Assembly (NCBI GenBank): GCA_963753435.1
Contig: CAVWCF010000001.1
Location: 1,568,001 to 1,632,000 of the forward strand
Direction: 5' to 3'
DNA from: an uncultured Actinomycetota bacterium
Lineage (GTDB): Bacteria > Actinomycetota > Actinomycetes > CAVWCF01
DNA: 64,000 nucleotides
Under the pieces are notes generated by a model. It ran no database searches, was not told the origin of the DNA, and worked only from the letters and a program-made list of their open reading frames with translations. The position numbers were made by a program, and so were the translations under genes. This document shows, piece after piece, positions 30,335 to 41,213 of the stretch (positions are counted from its first letter, which is position 1; every line of letters starts with the position of its first letter).

Positions 30335-31198
30335 ATGAGCCGCAGCGACGTCCTCGTAGACGCCGACTGGGTGGAGGCCCACCTCGACGACCCCTCGGTC
30401 GTCGTGGTCGAGGTCGATGAAGACACCTCCGCCTACGACAAGAACCACATCCGCAATGCCATCCGCATCGACTGGAAGTCGGACCTGCAGGACCCGGTCC
30501 GGCGCGACTTCGTAAGCCAGCAGCAGTTCGAGGCACTTCTGAGCGCCAAGGGCATCGCGAACGACAACACGGTCGTGCTGTACGGCGGCAACAACAACTG
30601 GTTCGCCTCGTACGCGTACTGGTACTTCAAGCTCTACGGTCACGGCGACACCAAGCTGCTCGACGGCGGGCGCAAGAAGTGGGAACTGGACTCGCGCGAG
30701 CTCGTCGCCGAGGTTCCCACTCGGCCGGCCACCAACTACACGGCCAAGCCGCAGGACACGTCGATCCGGGCGTTCCGTGACGACGTGCTGGCTGCGATCG
30801 GCTCGGCCAACCTTGTCGATGTCCGCAGCCCCGACGAGTACGCCGGTCGGCTGTTGGCCCCGGCGCACTTGCCGCAGGAGCAGAGCCAGCGCCCCGGGCA
30901 CGTACCGACCGCCGCCAACATCCCGTGGAGCAAGGCTGCCAACGACGACGGCACCTTCCTGGCCGACGATGACCTGCGCACGCTGTACTCGCAGGCCGGC
31001 GTGGACCTCGCGACCGACACGATCGCCTACTGCCGTATCGGCGAACGGTCCGCGCACACGTGGTTCGTCCTGCACGAGTTGCTGGGCGTGACGAACGTGA
31101 AGAACTACGACGGGTCGTGGACGGAGTACGGATCACTGGTGGGCGTTCCGGTCCAGGTCGGCGACGCTCCGGGTACCCCCGAAGGCGGTGCGGCCTGA
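30335..31198 (+). CDS. Thiosulfate sulfurtransferase (tandem rhodanese, CysA/SseA type)
   Basis: MSRSDVLV, YCRIGERS and NYDGSWTEYG. Confidence 0.94.
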   Translation: MSRSDVLVDADWVEAHLDDPSVVVVEVDEDTSAYDKNHIRNAIRIDWKSDLQDPVRRDFVSQQQFEALLSAKGIANDNTVVLYGGNNNWFASYAYWYFKLYGHGDTKLLDGGRKKWELDSRELVAEVPTRPATNYTAKPQDTSIRAFRDDVLAAIGSANLVDVRSPDEYAGRLLAPAHLPQEQSQRPGHVPTAANIPWSKAANDDGTFLADDDLRTLYSQAGVDLATDTIAYCRIGERSAHTWFVLHELLGVTNVKNYDGSWTEYGSLVGVPVQVGDAPGTPEGGAA

Positions 31199-31497
31199 TG
31201 TGCGGCGCCAGCACCGGTGGACTCTCCACGGAAGGCATCGACGTGACCAAGGAAGCCGTCATCCAGGGCGTGGTCTCGCGCGACGGTGAGCCCGTCGGCA
31301 ACGCCTACGTGCGGCTGCTCGACGCCAGCGGTGAGTTCACCGCCGAGGTGCCGACGAGCGCGACCGGGCACTTCCGGTTCTTCGCCGCGCCGGGTCAGTG
31401 GACCCTGCGCACGCTGGCTCCGGGCAGCAGCGTCGACCGGTCGGTGCACGCGCAGCAGGGCGCAGTGGCCGAGGTCGAAGTCGCGCTGCCGTCCTAA
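31198..31497 (+). CDS. DUF1416 (SseC-like) protein
   Basis: MCGA..., YVRLLD..GEFTAEV..FRFFAAPG.W. Confidence 0.88.
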   Translation: MCGASTGGLSTEGIDVTKEAVIQGVVSRDGEPVGNAYVRLLDASGEFTAEVPTSATGHFRFFAAPGQWTLRTLAPGSSVDRSVHAQQGAVAEVEVALPS

Positions 31498-31545
31498 TCC
31501 GGTGCCGTCCGTCGGATTCGTACCTCGATCCGGTCGGCAACGGTG

Positions 31546-31905
31546 TCAGTAGATGAGCGGACGGACGTCCGGGGCGGTGGCCTCCTCCACGAAGGCTGCC
31601 GCTCCGGCGATCCGAACGCCGGGCAGCAAATCGTCTGTAGTGATCCCGCGCCGCTGCGCGCACTGGGTGCACACGGTCATCGTCGCGTTGGCACGGACGA
31701 CATCGCGCAATTGCGCCAGGGGCGCGCTGTGGGGCAGCTCAAACATCTCGGCGCGGTCCGGCAGGGCCAACCAGGCCGCCTCGCCGGTCAACCAGAGCGA
31801 CACATCCACGCCGGCAGTGACCGCGGTCGCCGCAACGGTGAACGCCTGTGCGCAGCGCTCCGGGTCGTCGGCTCCCGCAGTGACCTTGACCAGCAGGGAT
31901 GGCAT
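31546..31905 (-). CDS. DsrE family protein
   Basis: ERCAQAFTVA, LWLTGEA and VCTQCA. Confidence 0.85.
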   Translation of the reverse strand: MPSLLVKVTAGADDPERCAQAFTVAATAVTAGVDVSLWLTGEAAWLALPDRAEMFELPHSAPLAQLRDVVRANATMTVCTQCAQRRGITTDDLLPGVRIAGAAAFVEEATAPDVRPLIY

Positions 31906-31928
31906 GGCCGCAACGTTAGACTCCGGCC

Positions 31929-32429
31929 GTGACGGACCTGAGCGCCTACAACGAACTGCCCAGCGAGTTGCTGCCCATGGGCTTCCTGGTCGGCACGTGG
32001 GCCGGCGCCGGCGTCGGCGGGTATCCGGGCCATGAGGAGTTCCGATTCGGCCAGGAAGCCACATTCGCTACCGACGGTCGGCCGTTCCTGGCCTACTCCA
32101 GCCGCACCTGGCTATTGGACGAGTTCGGAAATCAGATTCGCCCCCTGGCCACCGAAACCGGTTTCTGGCGCCCGCAACCGGGCAACCAGGTAGAGGTGCT
32201 GCTGTCCCACCCGACCGGAATCACCGAGATCTACGTCGGCGACGTCAGCCCCGCCAAAGTTGAGTTGCGCACCGACGTCGTGGCTCGGACTGAGACCGCC
32301 AAGGAGTACACCGCGGCCACGCGCCTGTACGGGCTGGTCGAGGGGGACTTGCTCTGGGCCATGGACATGGCGGCGATGGGCAAGCCGATGCAGCCGCACG
32401 TTTCGGCCCGGCTGCGACGGATGGCCTGA
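31929..32429 (+). CDS. Nitrobindin / FABP-like (DUF1794) heme-binding barrel
   Basis: LVGTWAGAG, ETGFWR, RLYGLV and PHVSARL (heme His). Confidence 0.88.
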   Translation: MTDLSAYNELPSELLPMGFLVGTWAGAGVGGYPGHEEFRFGQEATFATDGRPFLAYSSRTWLLDEFGNQIRPLATETGFWRPQPGNQVEVLLSHPTGITEIYVGDVSPAKVELRTDVVARTETAKEYTAATRLYGLVEGDLLWAMDMAAMGKPMQPHVSARLRRMA

Positions 32430-32432
32430 CGC

Positions 32433-32852
32433 ATGTCCGACCTGCGGCGGCAACTGCGCGACCGGGGACTGCGGTTGACGCCGCAGCGGCAACTGGTGCT
32501 GGCCGCGGTCGCCGAACTCGGTCATGCCACCCCGGAGCAACTGCTGGTTGAGGTCCAAAAGACCGCCGCGGGCGTGAACATCTCCACCATCTACCGGACC
32601 TTGGAGTTGCTGGAGGACTTGGGCCTGGTCGCGCACACGCATCTCAACCACGGCGCCCCGACCTATCACCCCGCCGATGCCGTCGACCACCTGCACCTGG
32701 TGTGCCGAACCTGCGGTTCGGTGACCGAGGTGCCCTTGTCGGTCACCGACGCGATGGTCCAGTTGCTGATGGATGAGCATGAGTTCTCCACCGACGTGCG
32801 CCATCTGGCGGTGTTCGGCCATTGCGGTCGTTGCCAGGAGCCGCAACCGTGA
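32433..32852 (+). CDS. fur: Fur family regulator
   Basis: RLTPQR, STIYRTL, HLHLVCRTC and CGRC. Confidence 0.9.
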   Translation: MSDLRRQLRDRGLRLTPQRQLVLAAVAELGHATPEQLLVEVQKTAAGVNISTIYRTLELLEDLGLVAHTHLNHGAPTYHPADAVDHLHLVCRTCGSVTEVPLSVTDAMVQLLMDEHEFSTDVRHLAVFGHCGRCQEPQP

Positions 32853-33724
32853 CCGACGCGGTGCCCATCACCGACGGCCCGGATGCCGGAGCGCCGTGGC
32901 ACTACGGGGACCCACTGGCCGAGCAGCGCTCCTTCGACCAAGGCGACGGGATAGTCGATCTCGGCCATCGGCCGGTGATCTCGGTTTCGGGTCCGGATCG
33001 GTTGGACTGGCTGCACACGCTTACCACTCAGCACCTTGAGCAACTGCCGCCGCGGACGTGGACGCAGGCGCTGATCTTGTCGCCGCACGGTCACATCGAG
33101 CATCACCTGACCCTGGTGGACGACGGGCAGCGGGTGCTGATGCACGTTGAACCGGGCACGACCGAGCAGTTGCTGAACTACCTGAACCTGATGGTGTTCC
33201 GCGCGCAGGTGGAGGTCGCCGACGTGACGGCCGACATCGCCACGGTCCGCACGCCGGTGGGGGATCGATTCGTGACTCGGGACCGGCTGGATGAGGCGAT
33301 GGACACCGCCCGGCCGGTCGGGTTGTGGGCCGCGGAGGCGTTGCGAGTGGCCGCTGGCGTGCCGCGATTGGGTTGGGAAACCGACCATCGCAGCATCCCG
33401 CACGAGCTTGGCTGGCTGGAGGCCACCGTGCACCTGGACAAGGGCTGCTACCGCGGCCAGGAGACGGTGGCGCGGGTGCACAACCTTGGCCGGCCGCCGC
33501 GACGGTTGGTGCGATTGCACTTGGACGGATCGTCGGAGGAGTTGCCCGTGCGGGGCAGTGCCGTACATACCGGTGACCGGGAAGTCGGGTTCCTTGGCAC
33601 CGCGGTGCACCACTACGAGGAGGGGCCGATTGCCTTGGCGGTAATCAAGAGGGCGGTTCCTGTCGACGAACCGCTCACCGTCGCCGGCATCTCGGCCAAG
33701 CAGGAAGTCCTGGTCCCCGCCTGA
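32849..33724 (+). CDS. ygfZ: Folate-binding Fe-S cluster repair protein YgfZ
   Basis: KGCYRGQETVAR signature. Confidence 0.92.
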   Translation: MTDAVPITDGPDAGAPWHYGDPLAEQRSFDQGDGIVDLGHRPVISVSGPDRLDWLHTLTTQHLEQLPPRTWTQALILSPHGHIEHHLTLVDDGQRVLMHVEPGTTEQLLNYLNLMVFRAQVEVADVTADIATVRTPVGDRFVTRDRLDEAMDTARPVGLWAAEALRVAAGVPRLGWETDHRSIPHELGWLEATVHLDKGCYRGQETVARVHNLGRPPRRLVRLHLDGSSEELPVRGSAVHTGDREVGFLGTAVHHYEEGPIALAVIKRAVPVDEPLTVAGISAKQEVLVPA

Positions 33725-33769
33725 CTTGCTGCGGTCCGCAGGCAACCGCGCCGCTAGTGAGCCTGTTCC

Positions 33770-34195
33770 TCATGTCTCCACGATGAGCGTGATCGGTCCG
33801 TCGTTTACTAGGTGAATCTGCATATCGGCACCGAAGACCCCGGTCTCGACCCTGGCGCCGCGTTCACGCAGTGCCGCAACGAACGAATCGACCAACGGCT
33901 CGGCGACCGGCCCCGGAGCAGCAGCCGACCACGACGGTCGTCGGCCCTTGCGGGTGTCGGCGTAGAGGGTGAACTGGGACACGACCAGCATCGGTGCGTT
34001 GATTTCCGCGGCGGATTGCTCGTCGCGCAGAATCCGCAACTCGTGCACCTTGCGGGCCAGCCGCTGTGCGGTTGCTCCCTCATCCTCGTGGGTGACCCCG
34101 ACGAGCACGACCAGCCCGGGTTCGTCGATGCGGCCGGTCTCGATCCCGTCGGCGACGACATGGGCCCGGCTGACTCGTTGCACGACCGCCCGCAC
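33770..34195 (-). CDS. dtd: D-aminoacyl-tRNA deacylase
   Basis: [17 protein letters not shown] and NDGP. True start is GTG 34195 with GGGAGG RBS. Confidence 0.94.
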   Translation of the reverse strand: MRAVVQRVSRAHVVADGIETGRIDEPGLVVLVGVTHEDEGATAQRLARKVHELRILRDEQSAAEINAPMLVVSQFTLYADTRKGRRPSWSAAAPGPVAEPLVDSFVAALRERGARVETGVFGADMQIHLVNDGPITLIVET

Positions 34196-34229
34196 GCACC
34201 GAATCCTCCCGCACGCAGCGCCGGTGGGG

Positions 34230-37034
34230 TCAGAGGCCGAGGAAGCCGCGCTTCTTCTTGGGTTTTGCCTGCTTGGGTGCCGGTGCGGGGCGCGCTGGCG
34301 CCGGAGTGGTCGGCGCCGGGTCGTCGCCGCCCTGCAGCGTGGCCAGTTCCCGCAGCAGCGAGGCGGTGTCCAGCCCCTCCATCGGTCCGCGCATCGGCGC
34401 CGGGGCCGGTTCCGGGTGGGGCTCGGGTTCGGGTGCTGGCTCGTTGACGTCCTCGGTCGTGCTTGGCGGGCTGGACGTCGCCGCCAGTTCCCGAAGCGCG
34501 GAAGACGCCTGACTGCGGTCCATGGACATTTCCGAGGACACCGCGGCCGCGGCAGCGATGGCTTCCTGGCGTTCGGCTTCGGCCTGGCGTTCGGCTTCGG
34601 CTTGGCGTTCGGCTTCGGCTTGGCGGATCGCCTCAGCTTCCGCGGCGGCTCGCTCGGCGGCCGCACGTTCCCGCTCAGCCTCGGCCTTCGCAGCCTCCGC
34701 CTCCGCGGCCACTCGCGCGGCCTCGGCCGCCAGCGCCGCCTGCCGTTCCGCGGCGGCCTGACGTTCAGCTTCCGCGGCAGCCGATGCCTGGGAGACGCGC
34801 TCGCGCTCGGCAACCGCCCGAGCTGCCTCGGCTTCCGCCGCCGCCCGCGCGGCTTCGGCCTGGGCGCGAGCCTCTTCCTGGGCCTGGCGTTCGATGACCA
34901 ATCTCGCCGTCTGCTCCGCCGCAGCGGCTTCGGCAGCGGCGCGTTCGGCGGCCAACTGTTCCCGCTCGGCGGCCAGTCGAGCGGCCTCGGCCGCAGCGGA
35001 CGCTGCCGCGGCGTGCCGCTCACCCTCTAGCCGGGTGGCCTCGGCTGCGGCGGCTTCGGCAGCTTCCTGCCGCTCCGCCTCCAGCCGTGCGGCCTGCTCG
35101 GCGACCGCTTGAGCCATCGCCTGCCGCTCTTCTTCCAGCCGCGCGGACTCCTCAGCGGCTCGTTGCTCCGCCTCCAGGCGGAGGGCCTCCAGCCGTGCGG
35201 CCTCGGCGGCGGCCTGCTGCTCCGCAGCGGCTCGCTCCATTGCCAACCGTTCACGTTCGGCCACCAGCGCAGCCATCTCGGCTTCTAGCCGCTGCTTGGC
35301 CTCGGCGGCGTTGGCCTGCGCCATCTCGGCCGCCTGGATGGCCTCCGACTCCGCGGCGGATCGGGCCGCCTTGAGCGCGGCTTTGCTCGCCTGCTGCGCT
35401 TCGCGCTGCTCCGATTCCAGCCGGGCGGCGTGCTCGGCCGCGGCCTGCTCGGCGGCGGCCCGTTCGGCCGCGAGCCGTTCCCGCTCGGCTGCCAACGCGG
35501 CGGCTTCGACGGCCAGAGCGGCCCGGTCGGCTTCGGCGCGCTTGGCCACCTCGGCCATGCGACGCTCGGCTCGCGCGTGGCGGATGGCCCCGGCCAATTC
35601 CCGCCAGGATCGTTCCTCGGTTGCGGCGGCCTCCTCGTCCATCCGCTGCAACTCGCCCGCGAGCCAGCGAACGGATGAGGCCACCGCCTGCTTACGGCTC
35701 TGCGCCGCCGCCTCCCGGCGTACCGCCTCGGCCGCCAGTCGTGCCGCTTCCTCGGCTACCTGACGAGCTTCCTCGCGTGCGGTGCCCAGCCGCTCAGCGG
35801 CGAGGCGCTCGGCGTCAGCCCTGGCGGCGGTGTCAACCGGCCTCGCGGGACGGGCGACTGAGACGTTCACCGGGGGCGGGTCGTTGGGGCGGCGCGCTGC
35901 CTCGGCCGCGGCTGCGAGTTCGGCGGCCAGCGCTTCGGCCTCGCGCGCCTGGGCCCGCAACTTGGCCCGTGCCGCGGAGATCGGCTTCTCCGCCGGGGCG
36001 GCGGGAGTGGGTGGCGTTGCTGGCGCGGCGGGAGCGGTCGGTTGGGCCGGCGCGGCGGAAGCGGTCGTTTGGGCCGGCGCTGCGGGAGCGGTTGGTTCTG
36101 CTGGGGGTGGCGCAACAGCGGCCGCCGCGGGCGCCGCTTGCGCCGCGACCGGTTCAGGTGCGGCCGCAGGTTCCGGTGCGGCTGACTCGGCAGGTTCGGC
36201 CATTCGCTGGGACTGCTCGGCTGCTTGTCCCGTCTGGTTCTCGGTCTTCGGTTCGGCGGGCACGTCCTTCTGCGCTTCTGGCTGGACCGGCTCGGGTTCC
36301 GGTTCCGCTGCGGCCGGGCCGGGCACGGTCACCAGACCGGCGCGAACCAAGTCGGCGACCATCCGGCCGGCCTCGAATCCGGTGAAACCGCATTCGCCGG
36401 CCAGTTCGGCGATGGTCCGGATCCCATCGACCTTGCAGAGGATCGACCAGTCCGACGGCCCCAGCGCCACGCCGTCGTCGACGGAACCGCTGTCCGCCAG
36501 CGACGGCACGGCCTCGGTGCCCCCGATCAGCGCGGTTATGTCCTTCCACGCCTGGGCGCGCGCCTTGGTTTCGGAGATGAGGGTGTGCACCGCCACCGGC
36601 GGGGCCACGTCCTGGCGGGTGCGCTTGCCAGCCCGGAAGCGGTGGCTGGCAACGGGCGCGTGCAGCAGGTCGGCGACGATGTCGAGCAGCTGCTCGGTGA
36701 CGAAGTCCTCGACGACATCGCGATCGACGAGGTCCAGGTGAACGAGGAGTTCCCCCAGTCGCCACCCCTGCAACTCGCTGCGCTGGATCTCCAGGGCCTC
36801 CGAAAGCACCTCCGGGGTGACGTGACCACCCGACATCAGCCGAGCGCCCAGGGCTGGACGGCGTCCAGGGGCGCTGGCCGCGTAGACCTGACCGTTCTTG
36901 AGCCAGATCTCCGAGCGACTGCGATCCGGGTGCAGGACGATCAGGCAACCGGTCGCGCTGTCCCGCGCCAGCTCCAGCAGCGCACCGGCGAGATCAACCT
37001 CGGTGGAGGTGGTGACCGACTGGCCCTCGCCCAT
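34230..37034 (-). CDS. 934-aa protein: N-terminal DUF4388/PatA-like domain, Pro/Ala linker, long Ala/Glu/Arg coiled coil, C-terminal KKRGFLGL
   Basis: [53 protein letters not shown]; repetitive helical AE(R/Q)AAAE segments. Confidence 0.7.
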   Translation of the reverse strand: MGEGQSVTTSTEVDLAGALLELARDSATGCLIVLHPDRSRSEIWLKNGQVYAASAPGRRPALGARLMSGGHVTPEVLSEALEIQRSELQGWRLGELLVHLDLVDRDVVEDFVTEQLLDIVADLLHAPVASHRFRAGKRTRQDVAPPVAVHTLISETKARAQAWKDITALIGGTEAVPSLADSGSVDDGVALGPSDWSILCKVDGIRTIAELAGECGFTGFEAGRMVADLVRAGLVTVPGPAAAEPEPEPVQPEAQKDVPAEPKTENQTGQAAEQSQRMAEPAESAAPEPAAAPEPVAAQAAPAAAAVAPPPAEPTAPAAPAQTTASAAPAQPTAPAAPATPPTPAAPAEKPISAARAKLRAQAREAEALAAELAAAAEAARRPNDPPPVNVSVARPARPVDTAARADAERLAAERLGTAREEARQVAEEAARLAAEAVRREAAAQSRKQAVASSVRWLAGELQRMDEEAAATEERSWRELAGAIRHARAERRMAEVAKRAEADRAALAVEAAALAAERERLAAERAAAEQAAAEHAARLESEQREAQQASKAALKAARSAAESEAIQAAEMAQANAAEAKQRLEAEMAALVAERERLAMERAAAEQQAAAEAARLEALRLEAEQRAAEESARLEEERQAMAQAVAEQAARLEAERQEAAEAAAAEATRLEGERHAAAASAAAEAARLAAEREQLAAERAAAEAAAAEQTARLVIERQAQEEARAQAEAARAAAEAEAARAVAERERVSQASAAAEAERQAAAERQAALAAEAARVAAEAEAAKAEAERERAAAERAAAEAEAIRQAEAERQAEAERQAEAERQEAIAAAAAVSSEMSMDRSQASSALRELAATSSPPSTTEDVNEPAPEPEPHPEPAPAPMRGPMEGLDTASLLRELATLQGGDDPAPTTPAPARPAPAPKQAKPKKKRGFLGL
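34566..34625 (-). repeat. 18-bp intragenic tandem repeat (QAEAER x3)
   Basis: tggcgttcggcttcggc(c/t) repeated three times. Confidence 0.7.
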
Positions 37035-37186
37035 TGCACCTCCTCGCCAAGCACGCACGCAGTCACGCCGGCACCCGGGGCATGGATGCGTCGTCATCTC
37101 CCCTTCGGCAGGTTCGGGCCCGGTGTTGAGCCCTGGCCTCGGACCCGTGTGCCACGATTGCCCCTCAAGCCATACGAGGAGCGTCG

Positions 37187-37735
37187 ATGAGTCAGCCGAT
37201 CCCTGGGGGTCGCCGCCGCGTGGACCGAGTGCTGGGCGAGGACTTCCTCACGGGGTTGTCCGACCTGGATCTCGGCGAGCTGCGCCACCGGCGCGCGGAT
37301 GCCGACCAGGAGGAGACCGACCTCTCGTTCGTGCGGCGAATGCTGCAGGGCCGCATCGACCTGCTGGTCGGTGAGATCGATCGCCGCGAACGTGGCGAGC
37401 CGGCACCCGGCCTTAACGAACGGCTGGCCGCCGCGATGGGTGGCGAGGAGCGCAGCACGCGCGGCTCTGGCCGGCATTTGGGTACCGACCCGAGCCGGCT
37501 CGGTGAGTACCGGCGTGCGGCTGAGCGACTGGCCGGCACTGTCGCCTTCTCGGACCCCGCAGCCCTTAGCGACGAGGCACTTGCCGCGGCGGTGCAGCGG
37601 CTGCGGACCCAGGAGGCGGAGGTCTCCGACCTGCGTCGCAAGGTGCAGGCAGTCGCCGACGTGTTGCATGAGGAGATGGGTCGGCGCATGGCCGCCGACT
37701 TGCCGGAGCAGGCGGAGGAGACCGCCGCGCCGTGA
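37187..37735 (+). CDS. rsiG: RsiG/AmfC c-di-GMP-binding anti-sigma factor
   Basis: Two E-x3-S-x2-R-x3-Q-x3-D motifs: ETDLSFVRRMLQGRID and EAEVSDLRRKVQAVAD. Confidence 0.85.
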   Translation: MSQPIPGGRRRVDRVLGEDFLTGLSDLDLGELRHRRADADQEETDLSFVRRMLQGRIDLLVGEIDRRERGEPAPGLNERLAAAMGGEERSTRGSGRHLGTDPSRLGEYRRAAERLAGTVAFSDPAALSDEALAAAVQRLRTQEAEVSDLRRKVQAVADVLHEEMGRRMAADLPEQAEETAAP

Positions 37736-38673
37736 CCGCACCGGTCCTCGTCGAATTACGGCGAGGTGAGGTGGTCGAGTCCAGGCACCGCGGGTCGGCG
37801 CTGGTGCTCGATGCCGGTGGCGAAACCGTGTGGCACAGCGGTGACCCGGACGCCGTGCTGCTGCCGCGCTCAGCGGCCAAACCGTTGCAGGCTGCGGCAC
37901 TCGCCGAAGTCGGGATGACTGCTACTCCGGAGTACCTGGCCCTCGCCACCTCCAGCCATTCCGGGGAGCAGATCCACCTAAGCGTTGTCCGGCAGATGCT
38001 GGACTCCGCTGGGCTGACTGAGGCGTCACTGCAGACCCCCGCGGACTTACCGCTGGGGGAGACGGCTCGTGCGGACTGGCTGGCTGCTGGTCACGCGCCC
38101 AGCCCGATCGCGATGAACTGCTCGGGCAAGCACGCGGCGATGCTGCAGGCGTGCGTGGCCAACGGCTGGACCACCACCGACTACCTGGATCCGACCCATC
38201 GTGTGCAAGCGCACATCCTGGCCAGGTACGCGGACTGGTCAGGCGGTTCGGTGCAACCGGTGACGGTCGACGGTTGCGGGGCGCCCCTGGTCAGCACGAC
38301 CCTGCGCGGACTGGCCACCGCGTTGCAGCGGGTCGCCGGCACCGACGCGGGCCAACAGGTGTTGGCTGGGATGCGGGCCCACCCCGAACTGGTCGGCGGT
38401 ACTGGCCGTGAGGTCACCAGGCTGATGCGAGCGGTGGCAGGACTGGTCGTGAAGGACGGGGCCGAGGCGGTTTGGGTGGCGGTCCTACCCGATTTCGCGG
38501 TGGCGGCGGTCAAGATCGACGACGGCGCCTGGCGAGCCGGGGCGGTAGCTATGGCCGCGCTCATCGACCGCCTCGTCGGCCTGCCGGATGAGTTGAGTGA
38601 TTTGGTCAGCCCACCGGTCCTGGGCGGGGGCCGGCAAATTGGCGCTGTCACCGCGGTCGGGATCCGCTTCTGA
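37732..38673 (+). CDS. L-asparaginase II (Rhizobium-type) family
   Basis: RSAAKPLQA, SHSGE, NCSGKH and DGCGAP. Confidence 0.9.
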   Translation: MTAPVLVELRRGEVVESRHRGSALVLDAGGETVWHSGDPDAVLLPRSAAKPLQAAALAEVGMTATPEYLALATSSHSGEQIHLSVVRQMLDSAGLTEASLQTPADLPLGETARADWLAAGHAPSPIAMNCSGKHAAMLQACVANGWTTTDYLDPTHRVQAHILARYADWSGGSVQPVTVDGCGAPLVSTTLRGLATALQRVAGTDAGQQVLAGMRAHPELVGGTGREVTRLMRAVAGLVVKDGAEAVWVAVLPDFAVAAVKIDDGAWRAGAVAMAALIDRLVGLPDELSDLVSPPVLGGGRQIGAVTAVGIRF

Positions 38674-38758
38674 GGCAACCGGGTCGGTGTGGCCGTCGAT
38701 CGTTTCCGCCGACTGTTTCCGCTCGGCGGCGCTAAGGCCGCGACCGTACAGTTGGCCC

Positions 38759-39082
38759 ATGATCGGGCTGCTGTTCGTTGTCCTGGCGTTGGGCACGTTC
38801 GCCTTGAAGGCGGCCGCGCTGATCGACGCCGCGCTGCAGAAGGAAGCGGCGTTCCCCGCGGCCGACAAGCAGTCGAAGATGGTGTGGCTGGGCATCCTCG
38901 GAGCCGCTACCGGGCTGCACCTGCTCATGGGGCCGACCAACCTCTTCGGGGTGGGATTCCTCGGCGGCATCATCAATTTGGCCGGAATCGTCGCCGCAAT
39001 CGTTTACTTCGTGGACGTCCGGCCCGCGGTCCGGTCGCTGGGGCGTGGGTCGAGTTCCGACGGCCCGTACGGCGCCTGGTGA
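38759..39082 (+). CDS. DUF2516 family membrane protein
   Basis: AFPAADKQSKMVWL..VYFVDVRPAV. Confidence 0.85.
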   Translation: MIGLLFVVLALGTFALKAAALIDAALQKEAAFPAADKQSKMVWLGILGAATGLHLLMGPTNLFGVGFLGGIINLAGIVAAIVYFVDVRPAVRSLGRGSSSDGPYGAW

Positions 39083-39810
39083 GCGGCGACACGCACGGCC
39101 GCACGCACCGGCTGGAGTTGGCGGACCAATCCCTACGCGAATGGGACGCCACCGTCCTGTCGGCTGATGAGGACGGCATCGTGCTCGACCGCTCGGCCTT
39201 CTACCCCGGGGGTGGCGGGCAGCCGCCGGACCAGGGCGTCCTGCTGTGGGGCGGGGTCCAGACCCGGATCGAAGGCGCCCGGCGCGGCGAGGACCTGTTC
39301 CTGATCCCGGCTGAAGGCGACCCGCTCCCACCGGTCGGAACCCAGGTCCGTGGCGCGATCGCTGACGAACGCCGTACCGCGCTCATGCGGACTCACTCCG
39401 CCCTGCACCTTTTGTCCGGTGTGGTTTTCCGCGACTTCGGGGCATTGGTCACCGGCGGCTCGATGGACCCGCTGACGGCACGCATGGACTTCGGTCTGCC
39501 CGACGTGCCACCGGACTTCAAGGAGCAGGTTGCGGCCGCCTGCGCGGCGGAAGTGAACGCCGACCGCGCCATCCGGGTGGAGAACCTGCCGCGGCAGCAG
39601 GCGTTCGAGATCCCCGACATCATCCGGACCGCCACCAACCTGCTGCCCCCGGATCTGGAGGTCGTGCGGATCGTGGACATCGTCGGCCTCGACGTCCAGG
39701 CCGACGGGGGCACGCACGTGGCTTCCACCAAGCAGATCGGCGGCATCGAGGTCGTGAAGATGGAAAGCAAGGGCAAGGGGTTCCGGCGCTTGCGCATCCG
39801 CCTGCACTGA
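39079..39810 (+). CDS. AlaX-type alanyl-tRNA editing protein
   Basis: [19 protein letters not shown] and QADGGTHV. Confidence 0.9.
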   Translation: MSGDTHGRTHRLELADQSLREWDATVLSADEDGIVLDRSAFYPGGGGQPPDQGVLLWGGVQTRIEGARRGEDLFLIPAEGDPLPPVGTQVRGAIADERRTALMRTHSALHLLSGVVFRDFGALVTGGSMDPLTARMDFGLPDVPPDFKEQVAAACAAEVNADRAIRVENLPRQQAFEIPDIIRTATNLLPPDLEVVRIVDIVGLDVQADGGTHVASTKQIGGIEVVKMESKGKGFRRLRIRLH

Positions 39811-39916
39811 CGGGCCCTCGCCCGAAGGTTGCAGCCGAACTGGGACCGCCGGAATTGAGGTCGCGCGAGTCGCCGGGAATCGGAATGATCGTTACTGCGT
39901 TTACGGGGAGGTGTCC

Positions 39917-41213
39917 ATGAAGGTGTTGCGGACCGTGCCTGCGCGCCCGCCGCGGCGCGTGGCCATGCTGACCGCGCACACCTCCCCCCTGGACCAGCCC
40001 GGCGTCGGTGACGCCGGGGGCATGAACGTCTACGTCGTGGAGTTGGCCAAGCGGCTGGCGCGGGCCGGCACCGCAGTGGAGATCTTCACCCGGGCCACCA
40101 CGGGCTCGCTGGAGACGACCGTCGAACTTGAGCCCGGCGTCCTGGTGCGTCACCTCGTCGCCGGCCCGTTCGAGGGGCTGCGCAAGGAGGAACTGCCGGG
40201 GCAGTTGTGTGCGATGACGTCCGGCCTCATGCGCTGGGAAGCCGCCCACGACCTCGGCCACTACGACCTGATCCACAGCCACTACTGGCTGAGCGGGCAG
40301 ATCGGCTGGCTGGCGAGTGAGCGCTGGAATGTGCCGCTGGTGCATTCCATGCACACGATGGCCAAGGTCAAGAACGCTGCTTTGGCCGCCGGTGACCAGC
40401 CCGAGCCCCGGGCGCGGGAGTACGGCGAAGAGCAGGTGGTCGACATCGCCCACCGGCTGGTGGCGAACACCGTGTTCGAGGCCGATCAGCTGATTCGGCT
40501 GTACGGCGCCGATCGCGAGCGGGTTGCCGTCGTTCATCCAGGCGTCGACCTGGACACATTCACCCCTGGCGATCAGGTCGCTGCCCGCCAACGGTTGGGC
40601 TTGCCGACCGACGCGGATGTGCTGCTCTTCGCCGGGCGAATCCAACCGCTGAAGGCCCCGGATGTCCTGGTGCGGGCGGCCGCCATGCTCGCTGCCGACC
40701 CGGTCCGTCGGGACCGGCTCGTGGTCGCGATCGTCGGTGGCCCCAGCGGTAGCGGGCTGGAGCACCCCGACGCGGTGCAGCAACTCAGCCGCGATCTCGG
40801 TGTTGCCGACCTAGTGCGGTTCGAGCCGCCGACCGACCAGGCCACCCTCGTCGACTGGTACCGCGCGGCCACGCTCACGGTGGTGCCGTCCTACAACGAG
40901 TCATTCGGGTTGGTCGCCGTGGAGAGCCAGGCGTGCGGTACTCCCGTCATCGCTGCGGCGGTCGGGGGCCTGCACACCGCGGTCGCCGACGGCGAATCCG
41001 GACTGCTGGTCCACGGACACGACGCCGCGGCCTGGGCGCAGGCCATCGCCGCGATTGCTGGACGCGCCGGCCGAACTCCAACGGCTCGCGGAAGGCGCGG
41101 TGCGGCACGCAGCCGGTTTCGCCTGGGAGCGCACCGCTGAAGCGACCCTGGACGTGTACTCCGCGGCCATGCTCGAACACGCCGGCTCCGCGCCGGTTGC
41201 AGCGTCCGGATGA
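39917..41213 (+). CDS. mshA: D-inositol-3-phosphate glycosyltransferase, +1 frameshift at about 41054
   Basis: [33 protein letters not shown] and ESFGLVA. Removing one base restores [22 protein letters not shown] and a TGA overlapping the next ATG. Confidence 0.92.

Noticed and set aside
33770-35023. 417-aa ORF suggesting an N-terminally extended Dtd
   Set aside because: The extension is an off-frame read of the coiled-coil gene; Dtd starts at GTG 34195 with its own RBS.
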